This document shows, in pieces, positions 12,501 to 26,253 of a stretch of DNA of 64,000 nt. A model generated the notes under the pieces. That model saw only the letters and a program-made list of their open reading frames with translations, made no database searches and was not told where the DNA came from. The position numbers and the translations under genes were made by a program. Each line of letters starts with the position of its first letter. Position 1 is the stretch's first letter. The DNA is taken from positions 1,922,001 through 1,986,000 of the forward strand of contig LSRY02000004.1 in NCBI GenBank assembly GCA_001643675.2, in the 5' to 3' direction. The stretch is from Monocercomonoides exilis PA203 (lineage: Eukaryota > Protista > Preaxostyla).

Positions 12501-15500
12501 GAGTTCTTCTCCCTACGCCGCACTTCCCCACCAGCAAAAGTGCTGAACCAGGCCAACTCATCAGTCTGTCGATATGCGAGAAATGGTCGATGTACTCGTT
12601 AAAGAGCACGATATTCAGATCACGCACAGTTCGTTCATATTGTTGGATGGTCTTTTCGACATGCTTTCGAGATTGCTCAGCTAAAGAAGCGCCAATTGTC
12701 AAGCGCTTGTGAACAACTGAGTTTGGAGGGCCTTGATACCAGCAGGCAAGTCGGACGCGATGATCCTCTCCTTTCGGACTTGGCGATGACTGTGGGACTA
12801 AAGGTGGGTTCGTCAGCAGCGTTTGCGTGAGAAGCACAGAAAAACAGCTCCACACTGGAAGCTTGGAGAAGTATCGTTTGGACACTTCAAACAGCTCTGT
12901 GTCAAATTGAGAGGCATCAGAACGGGACGCGCGCTCAGCTGCTCCGAGTATCTTTGAGATGGGCTCCTCGCTTTCTCCGTCGGTTTGTGCTGCTTTCTCG
13001 CTGCTGAGCTGCATTCTGTTGTCCAAACGGTCTTTGAATATTCGAAGAGCTTCGTGTGCCCAGTTAACCAGCAGTGCAAGCGTATCAACGTCAGCACCGC
13101 TGCTCGATATCGCTGCCCCGCTCCGTACTTTGTCATCATTCGGAGCCAGATTCAGCGCAATTGATGCCAAATCCGCTGAGGATGTATCGCAGCGGGAGAG
13201 GCCAATGACCCAGTGTGTAAGATCACGTGGAGTGAAGACATAGTGGCTGTGCTTCGCAGTTGTGAATCGCTTCTGAGTTCGTACATATAAATCGATCATT
13301 GCGTCTGTAAGCAGTCGAGTGGGAAGAGAAGAATGCTGATAAGGTGAGAGCACAGGCTCCAGCACTTGCTCATAGACCGTGGCAAGAGAAGAAATTGCAG
13401 GATATGGAATAGCTGCAACGTGGATGTTGGCTGTAAAACGAGATGAAAGTGGTGATACCCCGCTTGCACCAGCGCCTGCTTGTGCTTGCTCTGAATGTCC
13501 AGATGGAGCAGATGATGAAGCAGAAGTGGCAGATACAACAACAGTCACAACAAGTTGAACTCCTTCCACAGTTGTCCATTCGAGATCTGTGTCGTAGAAC
13601 CCGCCATAAGTGACCAGTTGCTGTGCAAATGCAACCACTTCAACCGTATCGTACTTGTCTGCACGAGGCAAGTGCAAATCAGATAGAAACAGAACAAGAC
13701 GCTCGCCTCTTTTCGGACGGAGTGTTCGTCCATGTGCGCTGGATAAGATCATACAGTGCTGTTTGAGTGAAGATGCAAGAAGAGAAGCACTTGTCTCTGA
13801 TGAGCAGTTCACTTCTGCAACTTCAATTCCTGGAAAGGCCAACAGTGCATCCTTCAGCAGCATGTGCTTTCCAGCTCCTTCTGGACCGACAAGCAGAAAA
13901 TGTTCTCCTCGCTTCATCCACGGCGTAAACAGTGTGCGAAGCATCTGTACTTCAGATGTAGCCAAGATAAGCTCGCTTGTTTCTGCACTCAGCACTTGCT
14001 CTAAGGTTGGTGTCATGCATTGGTCAACAAAAGGAATGAGTACAGAGCCGGTTGTGTTGAGTTCCACAGAAAGTGGAGTTGGAGGAGATGGCTGGGGAAG
14101 AGAAAGTCCAGCCCTGTTGAATACAAAGTTTGCCATTGAAGTCTGAAGAGATAAAGAAAGATTAGCCCCAAGCCCTCGAACCAACGCAACTGCAAACTCT
14201 GACCGTGAGGTTACGCCCACAAGATGTGAAAGCGCATTTTTGCATAGACCAGTCAAAGTTGTCGACAGCATAAGAGAATCTGATGAGTTTGACTGTTCAG
14301 ATGAAGAAACTGACGATGAAGCTGAGGCAGATGCAGAATTTAGAGAAGATGAAGTGCCGAGTCCAACCCTCTCAGCAACAAAGTCTATTGCAGGAAGTGC
14401 GATGTCATCCATCCAATTTGACAGATCGGTCTGCATCTCCTTCGGCTGGCTGACAATCCACGCAGCTGCCAGCTCCTTCGACCCCAAATCTTCATCGCTC
14501 AAGAAAATAACTGCCATTCGAGAAACTGTTGCAGGTGAGGCAAATCTGAGTGAGTCTGTTTCGAATATGAAGTTCACTTTGGCACTCGACTGGAACTGTA
14601 TTCTCTCTCCTGAGGGAAGAGTGAGAAGCCTGTTATCGTCGAGCACAGAGTTCAGTGACTCAATCCATTCTGGGTCAATATCTCCATCACACACCAGCCA
14701 TGATGCTATTCCTTCTGCTTCACGTGAGATTATCCTCGCACGAGATGTGAGAATTCCATCGTGCCACTTTCGCGTGTCCAGATCCAATCTTCCCAGCAGC
14801 TGCGAACGTGGAAGCGCTTTGGGGTTCATCACATGAATGTGCAGCGTCTGGCCAAGGAAGCCGTATGCTTTCTGAAGAACACGCCACAAAGTTGTTTTCC
14901 CGCAGCCTGATGCGCCAACAAGGACAATCCCCATTCGCTGCGTTGTTGCTTGGTGCAGCTGGACGATCTTGCTCACTTGTGATTCAATGATCCTTAGCTT
15001 CATGTCATTCAATGATTTCTTGATTGCTGTTTCGAGTTCTTCGTTTGTAAATGTTGTTGTTTTTGCTGTTGGAAACACATCACGAACAAGTGAGTTGAAC
15101 AAAATAGAATCAGAAAACGTAAGTTTTGAAAGTGTATTTGATCGAAGAGCCTGAAGTACAAGCTCAGCTTCTCTTTCAGGTGAAATAAGAGACTCTCCTT
15201 TTGCCTTCGGAGCATCGGCAGATTTTGCATTTGCATCTGGTTTCTTGTTTGAAATGTTCGCAAGCTCCTTTTTGAGTAAAGAGCCAGCTGTGTTAAGAAT
15301 GATTTTCAGTGATCGAAGACCCCAATCATAGTGCACTTGCTTTGACAGCTGGTCTTTTGCCAGCTGAAACACATTCACAAGTTTCGATGCCAAATTCTTT
15401 GCGTCCACAAATCCTTCGCTCATCAAAATGACTTCTCCGATCTGCTCGTTGTTCGGCACAGACATCGCCACAGACCTGAATAACTGTGTAAGGTTATCAG

Positions 15501-18500
15501 GCAGCTTGGATCTTCCACCGTATCCCTTTCCAGCAGGATTCATTGTCACAAAAATACCGCTGTTTGGATCCACTTTCACACCTGATCCCAGCAGCTCTAT
15601 TTCTGGAATTCGTTCCTTCAATGCACGCTGAATGGTTTGTATCTGCTGTGAAATGGCAGATAGCACTTTCGGCTCTAACCGATTGAACTCATCGAAACAA
15701 CCCCACGCTCCGCATTTGACAATTCCTCGGAATATTCTTCCCATTCCCTTTGCGTCAATCCCTTCGTCACAGTTGAACACAAGCACCTGCCTCCCAAACG
15801 CCAACCCCAGTGCCTTCACAGACTCTGTCTTTCCTGTGCCTGCTGGCCCATATGGATGTCCTCCGTATCCCAATCGCATGGCCTGTGTGAGCACCAAGAA
15901 GCACTTGTCAGTAAGAGGGGTATGCACCAAACGAGCAGCATTGCCCTGATACTCCCATGTTTGATCAAACACTGCATCTGCCATGTGAATGCTGACACGA
16001 ACCGGTAGTTGAACTTGTCGTGCTTGATCTGATGCTCCAAACCCAGTTGAACCAGAATACATTGTTGTTGAGGATGGAGATGTCGGTGAAGTTGGTTGAA
16101 TGAAAGGATCTAAAACAGAACGTGAGCCAGCAAGCCCGCCTGTTGTGAGGGTATTGTCCTGAATGGAGTAATATCGCATCTGCTTGAACCACGCCCAGTC
16201 TCTGACAGATTGTGTCTTCGCTTCAATAAGCTGGTTGGTCACATCGATATTGTGGATTATATCAAACATCAGCGATTTTATCTTTAAGTCGATCAGTGTA
16301 TGCTCTGCTTCCGTAAGCAAAAATGGATTCTTTGGATTTTTCTCTTGACCTTCCTTCAGATGCCCCGACGCAGTGAGCAGCGATGCAAGCCCGGAGAATG
16401 CGCTCAAACGAGCATACATCTCATTCAACAGGCGAGGCAGTGAGTTCATCGAGATGGCATCTTCGCATCTCTCTGTGAATGTAACAGTCTCCGCCAAGCA
16501 TAGCACCTGTGATGGAAATTGTGAGATGTACTCCAAACAGCCCTCGGGCGTGCTGATTGTGTTGGATGCAGACGAGGCATAGGGAAGTGCGCGAGACAGA
16601 AGTGTTGACAGAGTAACTTTCATTTCATCTGTCAGCGCATTCAGCCAATCCTCAACTGCATCCACAACATGCACTGGATGCACCAATTCTACCACTTCGC
16701 CTGCAGAACTGCACATTGCTGTGATAAACTGTTTGGATGGCAGCTGAGAAGAATCTGAAGCTGAAGCACTTTTTCCTTTTGCGCCATTGAACACCACACG
16801 ATGAATTCCCTGAAATAGCTTTTTCAGATGTGTCTGTATGACTGACGGTGTTTGTGCTTGTCCCAAGATCTCCAACAGATCGTCGTCTCCAATGAAATAA
16901 AAGCGAGGGAATCGATCTCTTTTCTCCTCCAGAAACTTGGAGAGCGCCTGCTGGCAAGTATCAAGCTCCTTTTTCATGTTCTCTGCGGTCACTTCCACTC
17001 CTTTCATGTTGTACAACGTTGGCAATCGAGAATTTGCCTTCAGTGCCTCCATAATTGCTCTGAACTTCTCGTCCACTCCTTTGAATCTCGCCTGATGTGC
17101 CGGAATGGCCCCTCGCATAAAGATTGGCTCCAAATATACCCATCTCCTCTGCACTGCCCCCAAAAGTCTGCAAGCTGCGCCCAGCAACACAAATCGCGCA
17201 TCCCACTGTGCTGCCACGTCTGAAAACGGTGCAAAGAACTGCGAGTCCTTCATTGCCATCAGCTGTGCCAGATGATCATCCAGTGCAGATAGAACATCAC
17301 TCCAGTCTTCCACAAGAGGTGTGCTGCGCGGGTTGCCGCCAGCTGTGCAGGTGTGATCGCTGATGGTGAATGCTGTTTGTGTGCCCCACGCTTCAACCTC
17401 TTCCATCGCCTTTCGGATGTCCACTTCGCCTTGAGCACGCCGCTGCAGAGAGCGGATGCTGCTGTATTGCATCTTAATCTCATTGGCGCGGCTAAGCAGG
17501 TCGCCAAAGAGCATAAACGCTGGCTGTGTTTTCGGAGGCAGCGAGATAAGGCGGAATAGCTCGTTCCAGTGATCTTTTGTAAACTCCTGCCCGCGGATGA
17601 GGCGCAGAATTGGAGGGAGATCGCCCAGCAGCTCGTCCTGCGACACCAGAAATGTTCGAATGGGCGACGGTGTCCCATCGGCTGATGGAGGGTACTTCGC
17701 GATGCTCTCCTTCAGTTTGGACAGAAAGTCCTCAAAGAGTGGCAACTTGGGAGCAAACTCCAGCCATTTCACATCTGCCATTTCCTTCAGCTTCTCCTGA
17801 TATTCTGAATGCACTGCCAGCGCCTGCTTGATCTCAGCAATGTCGTGCAGTGGGCCTTCCAGCTGTTCAATTCCCTTTGGCTTCTCCACCCGTGCCAGGT
17901 CACACTCTCTGCTCAGCTCCTGAATCTCCTTCTGAAGCGCCTCCGCCTCCTGCTCTGAGTCTGCACTCACTTTGCGGGCAGCCTCAATGGACGTGGCATT
18001 CCGCAGATCCAACACCACTTTTCGACTCTCCCACTGCTTCTCAAACATAATCGCTTTTTTGTTCAGCTCCGTCTTCCGCTTCTCCAAGTTGCTCACAATT
18101 TCGCTTCTTTGCTTTGATAGCTCTTTCTTCTTGTTGTTGAGCAGCTCAGTCATCTTCTGCCATTTGGAGCCTGCAATCTTCAGTGACGGGACTGCTGGCT
18201 CTTTTCCCCATTCCATCTTTCCAGACGCTCCGACAACTGCAATTGAAGCAGGTGGCGGTTTGTGTCTTTTGAGTATTTTGTCCTTTGCAAGTGCTCTGTC
18301 GATGAGTGGGGTGTATTTCTGGCAGGAGCCTGCGATCTCCTCAGACCGCTTCTGTGCATCGTGCAGCTGCTCCATCGTCTGCGGCTCGGTCTGCAGCTCA
18401 GCCGTCGCCTTGTCTGCAAACTCGATGATCTGCTGGCAGTCGCTGTCGATTGAGTTGCTGAGGGCGCTTGTGATTTCAGAGGCAAAGCGCACTGCCTGGC

Positions 18501-21500
18501 TGTCCACGGCCATCTTCAGCTTCTCCAGAGATACTGTCACACAGTGCACATGCACCGCCCCTGGCTCCTTGGAGATGTTCTGTGAGCACTGGAAGGCACT
18601 GGCATACGCCTCTTCCCAGTCACGCGGCTCTGAGCAGCATTCTTCGATGATCTCTTTTGTGTTCCTCAGCGTGCCCAGCACAGTGAATGGGGCATACTTC
18701 CTTCTCAGAGCAGCAAGCTTTGCTATGATTGTTTCTGCACTCAAAAACATCTGCGAAATTTGAGCATTGCACAGTGCAGGGATCTTCATGAAGGCCTCTT
18801 CGAAGTTTAACACTTTGCCATATGCAGACGGTGCATCAATGAGTTTGGCTGCTTCTGCATACAGCTTCCTTCTGATGTCAGACAAATCAGGTGAAAAGCA
18901 GCAGACACCAAGTGGTTTTTCAAATTGTTGCTTTTTCTTTTCTTCCTCTTCTTCTTCGGCACTTTTCAGTGTCGACTTCGAAACTGATTGACTTAGCAAA
19001 GATGTCGATGCTGATGATGATAGTGTCTGCTCTCCAAAAAATGATGAATCATCAGCTGCTCTTGCTTCAAACACGAGCGAAACTTCGATCGATGGCAGCG
19101 CTTCGTGAAACGTCTGCACAGCCACCTGATACTGAAAGAAGAACACCTTCAATATCTGGTGATTCCAGTGCCTTCTCCACCCAGCCGTGTTCAGCTTCCG
19201 CCTTTCCTCTTCTTGGAAGATCCTCAAAATCTCCCGCAGCAGCGTGTCCCACTGCTTGCGATGCCGAACGAGTGGCGTGTTGGCCAGCTTCTTCACAATC
19301 GCCTCGACCATCCCGTGTCTCAGCCGCAGCCTCTTGTTCCTCTCGTTCACAGCGTCTGCTGCTGCCTTCAGCTTCCGCATGTACATCTCCACTTGCGCCT
19401 CGTTCCTCCACGTAATCTCGTCGCTCTCGTCGCTTCCGCCTCGCTTCAGCGCCGACATTCCCCCGCTGCGCCCGCCGAGCGAGCCAGACGGGTTCTTCAC
19501 GAGGTTGTCGAATGCCTCGACAACGTCCCGCATCATCAGCATCTGCGACTCAATCACCTGAGTGGCCATTGAGTTGTAGAACGTAGCGATCTCCTTCAGC
19601 CCAACAGCGTGGCGGTACACGTTGGATGCCAGTGTTGCAGCATTCTGCACTTCGCTCGGCACTTTGAAGCCCAACGACGAAAAGAAGCGGATTTCTCTCA
19701 GAAGAGACACAAACCGCTCGTTGTACTTCACTCGCACCACCCCGTTCGATTCAATGTCGACAAGTGCACCCTTCAGCTCGAGGGACGAAGAGGACGAGGA
19801 AGAGGAGGATGAAGCAGAAGAGTATGAGCTGGTTGTTCTCCTTGTAGACTGCTCCTTTATTGTGTCCACCCAAATCTGAAAGCACTCATTCACGTACTTC
19901 TTCATCTCCTCGATCAGATCGGTCAGTGATGCGACCAAATCTCCTGTCTGTGCTGCATTCTGAAACAGCTCCCGTGTCAGCTGCAGCGTCTGTGTGGCTC
20001 TGCTCTGCAGCTGCTGAATCTCCACAACGTGCTGCACAGCAGGCGTCATATTCCGCCCAATTATGTCCAATTGACCATCTTCTCCTCCTTCCATGCTCCT
20101 CGCAGCAAGCCTGCCTCTGCCCAGTCCTCTCATCCCAGCTCTTCCAGCACGTGTGCTTTGCATCCCCAGCCTCTCCCGCAGCGCCTCTTCCTCATCCTTC
20201 TCGTCAGCAGCTCCTTCGTCCTTTTCGCCTCCTCCCCGCATCACATCCTGCTCCAGCCGCAGTTTGTCAAACTCGTTCTGCACAAGCATCAGCTCCGTGT
20301 TCAGTTCGTTAAGCATCGCCTCGCGTTCCGCCACAAGCTGCGCTGCGATGGTGGGGCGTTTGATCAAAAACTGATATTTTTTCATCTGCCGCAGCGCTTT
20401 CCGCACCTGTCCGTGTCCGCTCGGCATCAGCACAGACTTCAGACGCTGCGCCACTTCGAACTCGATCGGCTGCAGGCGCGTTGTGAAGTGTTGCATCGCC
20501 TCTTTCCATTCTCTTTCTCCTTCGTCTGTCACAGACAGGATCGACAGCCCTTCAAAAGAGGTGAAAAGCCCGCTTATTATTGTTGAGTATTGCGGAGGGA
20601 GTAAATTGAGATCAATTGCCTTTGAGCCGTCGTCGTTTTCATCATCATAGTCTTCGTTGTCTCCGCTGTTCGCTTCTGAGCTCAAATGACCGTCTTTTGT
20701 TCGTTCGCTTCTTCCCTTCTTTTCTCCTTTTGAATCAATCTGACCTCTTCCAGCGTCTTTCTCTGCTATTGTCTGTTTTTTCTCTTTTTGTGTCAAAAGC
20801 GCAAGAAGCTGCTGGAGTGTGTAGCGGATGGTGAGAATCTCTTCCACTCGCTGCATCAGCAGCTGAGACTGCACATGGCGGAACGTCCCGCCGTCCCACG
20901 CCCGCTTTCCATTAATTCTCAGATAGCCATTCGTCGACTCCACAAGCTGTGTGGTCCATCCGGACAAAGTTGAAAGCGCTTGTTCGCATGTGTCACGTAC
21001 AGCTGCAAAGTCAGAGTGCAGCAAGTCGAATGAAGTGGATATGATCGATCCTGGTGCTGTTGTCATTGACATTTGCATGCTCATTTCCTGAGTTGTAGAC
21101 GAAGATGTCCCTGTCGATCTTAACTGCCGAATAACTTCACCTCCTCCACAAAGAAGCCAATACTTAGAAATTTCAACCAATTGATCCATAGTTTTTTGCA
21201 TAAGTTGCTCCATTTGGAGCTTTAGATACCCTGGACGAATTGGAAGAATCCATATTGCCTCAATAGTTCGTATCATATCTGAAAAATGAGTTGAAATATC
21301 TGCATAAGCTTCCAATGCAGAAACTGTTGTTGTTGTTCGGGAAATTGTCATAGTATCGAATATTTCTGCCAAAGAAGCTAATTTCTTTGATATTTCTAAA
21401 GCCCTCTGTATGGTTAATTTATTATATGAAATTAACAAAAATATTTTAATAATAGAGCGCATTTAGCAAACGTTATCTCCTTCCTTTTCAGCTTTTGATT

Positions 21501-21812
21501 TCCATGATTCAAATTCTTCTTGAATTGTTTTTGGATTTGACTCTTCTGTTATCAATGTTTCTTCTTCATTCTAAATAAAAATAATGCATGAAAATAATTA
21601 AAACTTAATAATGGATTGTTTTGTATTCAAACTTTCGAAGTGTCTTTTGAGGAGTTTAGCTTTCCACCCAATTGTGATGTAAATGGATGAGAAAAGGAAT
21701 GATCATTCTCACAAGAAGTTTGAAGTATTTTTAATTGATTTTGTAATGCATCGTATCTTTGCATAAGTTCATTTAAAGTTTGAGAACGCGATGAAGTGAC
21801 TAAGGAAGACAT
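6589..21812 (-). CDS. DYNC2H1: Cytoplasmic dynein 2 (retrograde IFT) heavy chain, ~5,031 aa; exons 21812-21633, 21570-21472, 21405-6589
   Basis: AAA1 GPAGTGKTESVKALG..GRQVLVFNCDEGID and GGRSKLPDNL are dynein-2-type signatures. Other P-loops GASGCGKT, GPEGAGK, GKCGVGRR; stalk coiled coil and MTBD present. Two GTTTG..AG introns join the 61-aa upstream ORF in frame. Confidence 0.93.
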
Positions 21813-22018
21813 TTATCTAATGTTGAAAAAAAAAAGATGCATCGTAATAAGAACAACAAAAAAATTATAAATCTTTATTTTAGAAAATAAAGTTAATTGC
21901 TGTTGCAAACGTGGAGCGAAGAGAATCTGAAATGAGCGAAATGTTGTCAAAAAAATTAAAAAATTATTTCTTGAGTTCCCATAAAAACTTAATAAAACAA
22001 TTTCAAAATTTTAATATT

Positions 22019-22835
22019 TTAAGATGTCTTCTCGTTTTCCAAATTGCATCGCTTTTCGTTTTCATTCTTTTTTTTCATAATATAACGATCCCATCCTTCG
22101 TCGTCGTATTCATCATCTTCTTCATTCAAAGAATCACTCAAGCTTTCGCTCTCGCTCACTTCGCATAATTCGATATTTTGCACTTCATTTTCTTTGTTTG
22201 AGGAATTCAAAGTTATAACATCACTTTTTTCCTCTTGAGATTCAAATTTTCTGATTAACGCAGAATCAGTTTTGATTTCACTCGATGCATTTGTCTTTTC
22301 GATGAATACATCTTTATCTGTATTTGTTCCAATATAACTTGGAGCTAGGTTGAGTTTTTGGTGAAGTGACTTGTTTTCATAAGTGTTGCTCTCAAATAAT
22401 TGATCTGTTTTCGAAGAATTTGTTAAAGTTGACGCAAAAGAACTGCTTACTAATGAAGATACAGCATTTTCTATTATTTGATCTTTCAAGGAATCGGATT
22501 TTTCTTGGGGACAAGCTTTTATTTCTGGATTTTTTATGATTTCTTTTTCATTTATTTCTTTGTATTGATCTTCTTTTGTTTTCTGTTCAAGCAATGCGCG
22601 TCGTTTCGATTCTATATATCTATCCCATCCTTGATCTGTGTAATCTTCTGGATCAACACTTTCAGAGTCTTCAGCATCATCTTCAATTTCTTCTTCGATA
22701 TTTTGTACCATTGTATCTGGATGGAATACATAAGTTGAAAATTGCACAGTTGTTACTATAATACTGATAAATGTGATATATGAGCTAATTTTCTTCAATA
22801 CCCTTTTTCTGGATTGCTTTCTTTTGTTTATTCAT
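22019..22835 (-). CDS. Acidic low-complexity hypothetical protein with a duplicated D-x-G-W-D-R-Y-I motif
   Basis: ATG at 22835; phase-1 intron 22801-22718 (GTATTG..CCAG) joins the 22019..22798 ORF at PDTMVQ. Confidence 0.55.
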
Positions 22836-23294
22836 GATAACAAATTTATTATGGTTGTGAGTTTTTCATTTTCTTTTCATTTTAAAAAAAGTTATGTTTA
22901 AATGAAGTGATATTTGAAGCAAACATCAATTTTTTCATATGAATAACTGCGTTGTATCAAAAAAGTAAATTACATCAAAAAACAAAATTTTCAAAACAAT
23001 TGTCATTTTTTTTATGATTTTCAACGAAGAATGGTGAGGAGGAAGAGATAGAGGGTAAATTTTATTTTTTATACAAAATGTTTGATAAATTCTTTTTGCC
23101 ACTCAAAACAAAATACAACATATTTTATTTCCAATTTGGTTTATTTTCTTCACCAATCTCTTTGCATTTGGTGTGATAATTTTTGCTATAATTAGATTAT
23201 TAATTAAAGTCCCTATATTTAAAAACATTAATTTCAATAAAAATTATATTTCAGAAAAGTTATTTTTCATGAAAACTAATTTTTCTTTTTATTA

Positions 23295-24263
23295 CACCAT
23301 TTATTATTCAAATTTGGTAAACTTATTATTCGAAATTGTTAAACTTATTATTCAAAATTGGTCAACTAATTATTCAAAATTAATAAACTAATTATTCGAT
23401 TTTGGTAAACTAATTATTCAAATTTGGTAAACTTATTATTCGAAATTGTTAAACTTATTATTCAAAATTGGTCAACTAATTATTCGAAATTGGTAAACTT
23501 CTTATTCAAAATTAATAAAATTCAGGATTTTTTAAAAAAAATATATTTTGATATAATATGATCACTGGTTGAGTGTCAGAAAGTGATTAAAATGTTTTGT
23601 TTTTATCATTATTCTTAAAAGGGATGAAAATTGAACCCCAATTTTTATTATTTGTGAATAAATTTGAAAATTTCTGATTTTTCAGTAAAAAATCGTCATC
23701 CTTGAAATCGAATAATTTTCAAATGAATTCACCTCACATCGATAAATAATGTATAATCCAATCACAAAAATTTTTTGAAATTTAAATTTATTCAGATGAA
23801 CAATTAAAAACAATTAAAGATTTTCTAAAGTGTATTTGCAGATATATTCAGTTCCGAAAAATATTTGTATTTTGTTTGAAAAACTGAAGCGAATAACTTT
23901 CCTTGATTGGATTATACATTATTTATCGATGTGAGGTGAATTCATTTGAAAATTATTCGATTTCAAGGATGACGATTTTTTACTGAAAAATCAGAAATTT
24001 TCAAATTTATTCACAAATAATAAAAATTGGGGTTCAATTTTCATCCCTTTTAAGAATAATGATAAAAACAAAACATTTTAATCACTTTCTGACACTCAAC
24101 CAGTGATCATATTATATCAAAATATATTTTTTTTAAAAAATCCTGAATTTTATTAATTTTGAATAAGAAGTTTACCAATTTCGAATAATTAGTTGACCAA
24201 TTTTGAATAATAAGTTTAACAATTTCGAATAATAAGTTTACCAAATTTGAATAATAAATGGTG
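23295..24263. mobile_element. Foldback-type non-autonomous DNA transposon (969 bp) with long TIRs containing 22-bp tandem repeats, TA-flanked
   Basis: TA|CACCATTTATTATTCAAATTTGG ... CCAAATTTGAATAATAAATGGTG|TA. Arms ~23295-23764 and ~23904-24263 are near-identical inverted copies. The 22-bp unit TTATTATTCRAAATTGGTAAAC occurs x10 on the left and x5 on the right. Confidence 0.9.
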
Positions 24264-24298
24264 TATTTGGTATTATTGAAAACGATTACTAAAACACA

Positions 24299-24565
24299 TG
24301 GGAAAATTTTTTTCATTTCAGGCATTTGCATTGGAAAATAATACACTTTTCATAGACTTTTTGTGAACAAAAAACGCTTCAAAAATGAGTCGATTTTCTG
24401 AAATTTTCGAAATGATACAATTCTTCATGTTTTGATTTCAATGATGTCTGATTAAGGATATGAAAATCAAAATTATTTTGAAATCTGAGAAAGTCAAACA
24501 AAGTTATGAGTGAAGCAATTTTTCAATGCCTTGTAAAAAAAGCTTGAAAGACAGTATTTCCCCCA
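24299..24565. mobile_element. MITE family B (~270 bp, TGGGG...CCCCA ends), degenerate copy
   Basis: Alignable by eye to copies at 52906-53171, 54827-55096 and 62369-62638. Confidence 0.7.
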
Positions 24566-24959
24566 CATATTTATGTATAAAATAAGATAAAGTGTAAATC
24601 ATATTGTGTTGTTATTTTTGGGATTCATTTTCAAGTTTTGTTTAACAAGAAAATTTTCCAATTTTTTGGCTTTCAATATAAGATTGCAAAAAACATAAAA
24701 TCAAAGATTCAATGATTTGCAAAGTTTCTTTCATTATTCTGAAAAAAAACATTTCACTCTTCAAATCACTTAATCATAATAATCCACTTTTCAAAAATAA
24801 TTTTTTCCGGTTGTTCAATATTGACAACGACACATTGTCGTTCACAACCTTTGTTTTTTTCTTTTTTTTATTTGTGTCTTGAAAGGATATTTGTTTATCA
24901 TTGACTCATTCGAATATTTTTTTCATTTGTGAATATTTTTGGTCATTCCGAAATTGACA

Positions 24960-25206
24960 TGTGGGTAATTATTTTTGAAAAGTCGCAAATGTTTACTTTT
25001 CAAATAAGATAGAAATTTCATATTTCGATCAAATTTCTCTTTCCACTCACCAAATTTCTCTGTCATGAAAACGAAATTTCAACAATGTTATGATTATCAT
25101 TTCAGGGAAGTTTCGAAAGAGGGAATAAAAATTTGATCGAAGAAAGAAATTTTTGTTTTATTTGACATTGAAAACAAAAGGAACTTTTCAAAAAAATTTT
25201 TTGACA
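24960..25206. mobile_element. Palindromic MITE family C (TGTCAAA..TTTTTGAAAAGTTCC ends), degenerate
   Basis: Imperfect inverted arms; related copies at ~53757-53997 and ~61440-61630. Confidence 0.55.
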
Positions 25207-25895
25207 TATGTTATTCTTTTTGAAAAGGTGTGAATGTATTATTCATTCAATAAAAAATTTTTCATCATTTTTTAATCAAATTTCGGTTTCAATACACGAA
25301 GCTTCATAGAAATGGAAGAAAAAACTTCACAATGCTGAAAGATGCATTCTGGTTGAGTTACGTGAGTGTGAACAATCATTTGTCAAAAGATTTTTTTCAT
25401 TTTATAAGATAATCAAACATATGAAACTTATAAAAAAAGAATAACATTTTCATATTTCAAATTAATTTGATATTCAATTATTTTAAAATTTTATTTTTTG
25501 ACGATTGAAATGCGTTTATTTGTTTCGTGGAAAAGAAAGACAGGTTTATTTTTTATTAATTCATATTATAAAACGGAGAAAAAATTGAAACAATAAAATT
25601 TTAACTTTTCAAAAAAATAAAAACTCTTGTTGGGTTTCTTTAAATATGGGTAATTAATCACGAAATCATTAATTTTTTCTATGTGTTGAATATTTGAACA
25701 AATAACGTCATTTTCCTATTTATTTTCATGCAAACATCAAGAATACCACCAGTATTTGATAAACCAATGATTGACAAAAAAGAATGACAGAATCGTTTTG
25801 AATTGCGGTTCTCGCTTGTCAGAGATCATTTTATTATATTCAAAATAAAAAATCAATCCGAAACTTTTGATTGAAAAAACACGATTTCAAAAATA

Positions 25896-26253
25896 TAGTT
25901 TGTTCAAAAAATACCGGACAAGATCGATATCTCAATAACAGCAAGAAGAAAAATTCTGTTAAATTTCCTCAAAATATATCTCATCAATACAAACTCGTTT
26001 GACATACAAAACTTTCAAAATAGCTTCATTTGTGCTCAGAGAAAATTATTAATGAAATATCGGAGTGACTCAAAATCCTATTTCTCCGAGATTTCAAAAA
26101 TTAATTTTAACTGAGCACAAATAAAGCTGAAGTGAAGTCTTGTTTTTCAAATGAGTTTGTATTGACGAGATATGCTTTGAGGAAAATTAACAGAATTTTT
26201 CTTCTTGCTGTTATTGAGATATCGATCTTGTCCGGTATTTTTTGCACAAACTG
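25896..26253. mobile_element. Tc1/mariner-type palindromic MITE (358 bp), TA-flanked
   Basis: TA|TAGTTTGTTCAAAAAATACCGGACAAGATCGAT ... ATCGATCTTGTCCGGTATTTTTTGCACAAACTG|TA; arms pair over ~170 bp; CAGT-like terminus. A related half-copy lies at ~62215-62320. Confidence 0.88.

Noticed and set aside
6690-20973. Numerous antisense and alternate-frame ORFs over the dynein, TTLL and WMRH genes
   Set aside because: Shadow ORFs caused by GC-rich or repetitive coding sequence; they have no independent motifs.
23301-23520. 22-bp periodic array as a CRISPR array or iterons
   Set aside because: There are no unique spacers; the units are contiguous and form part of a transposon TIR in a eukaryotic genome.
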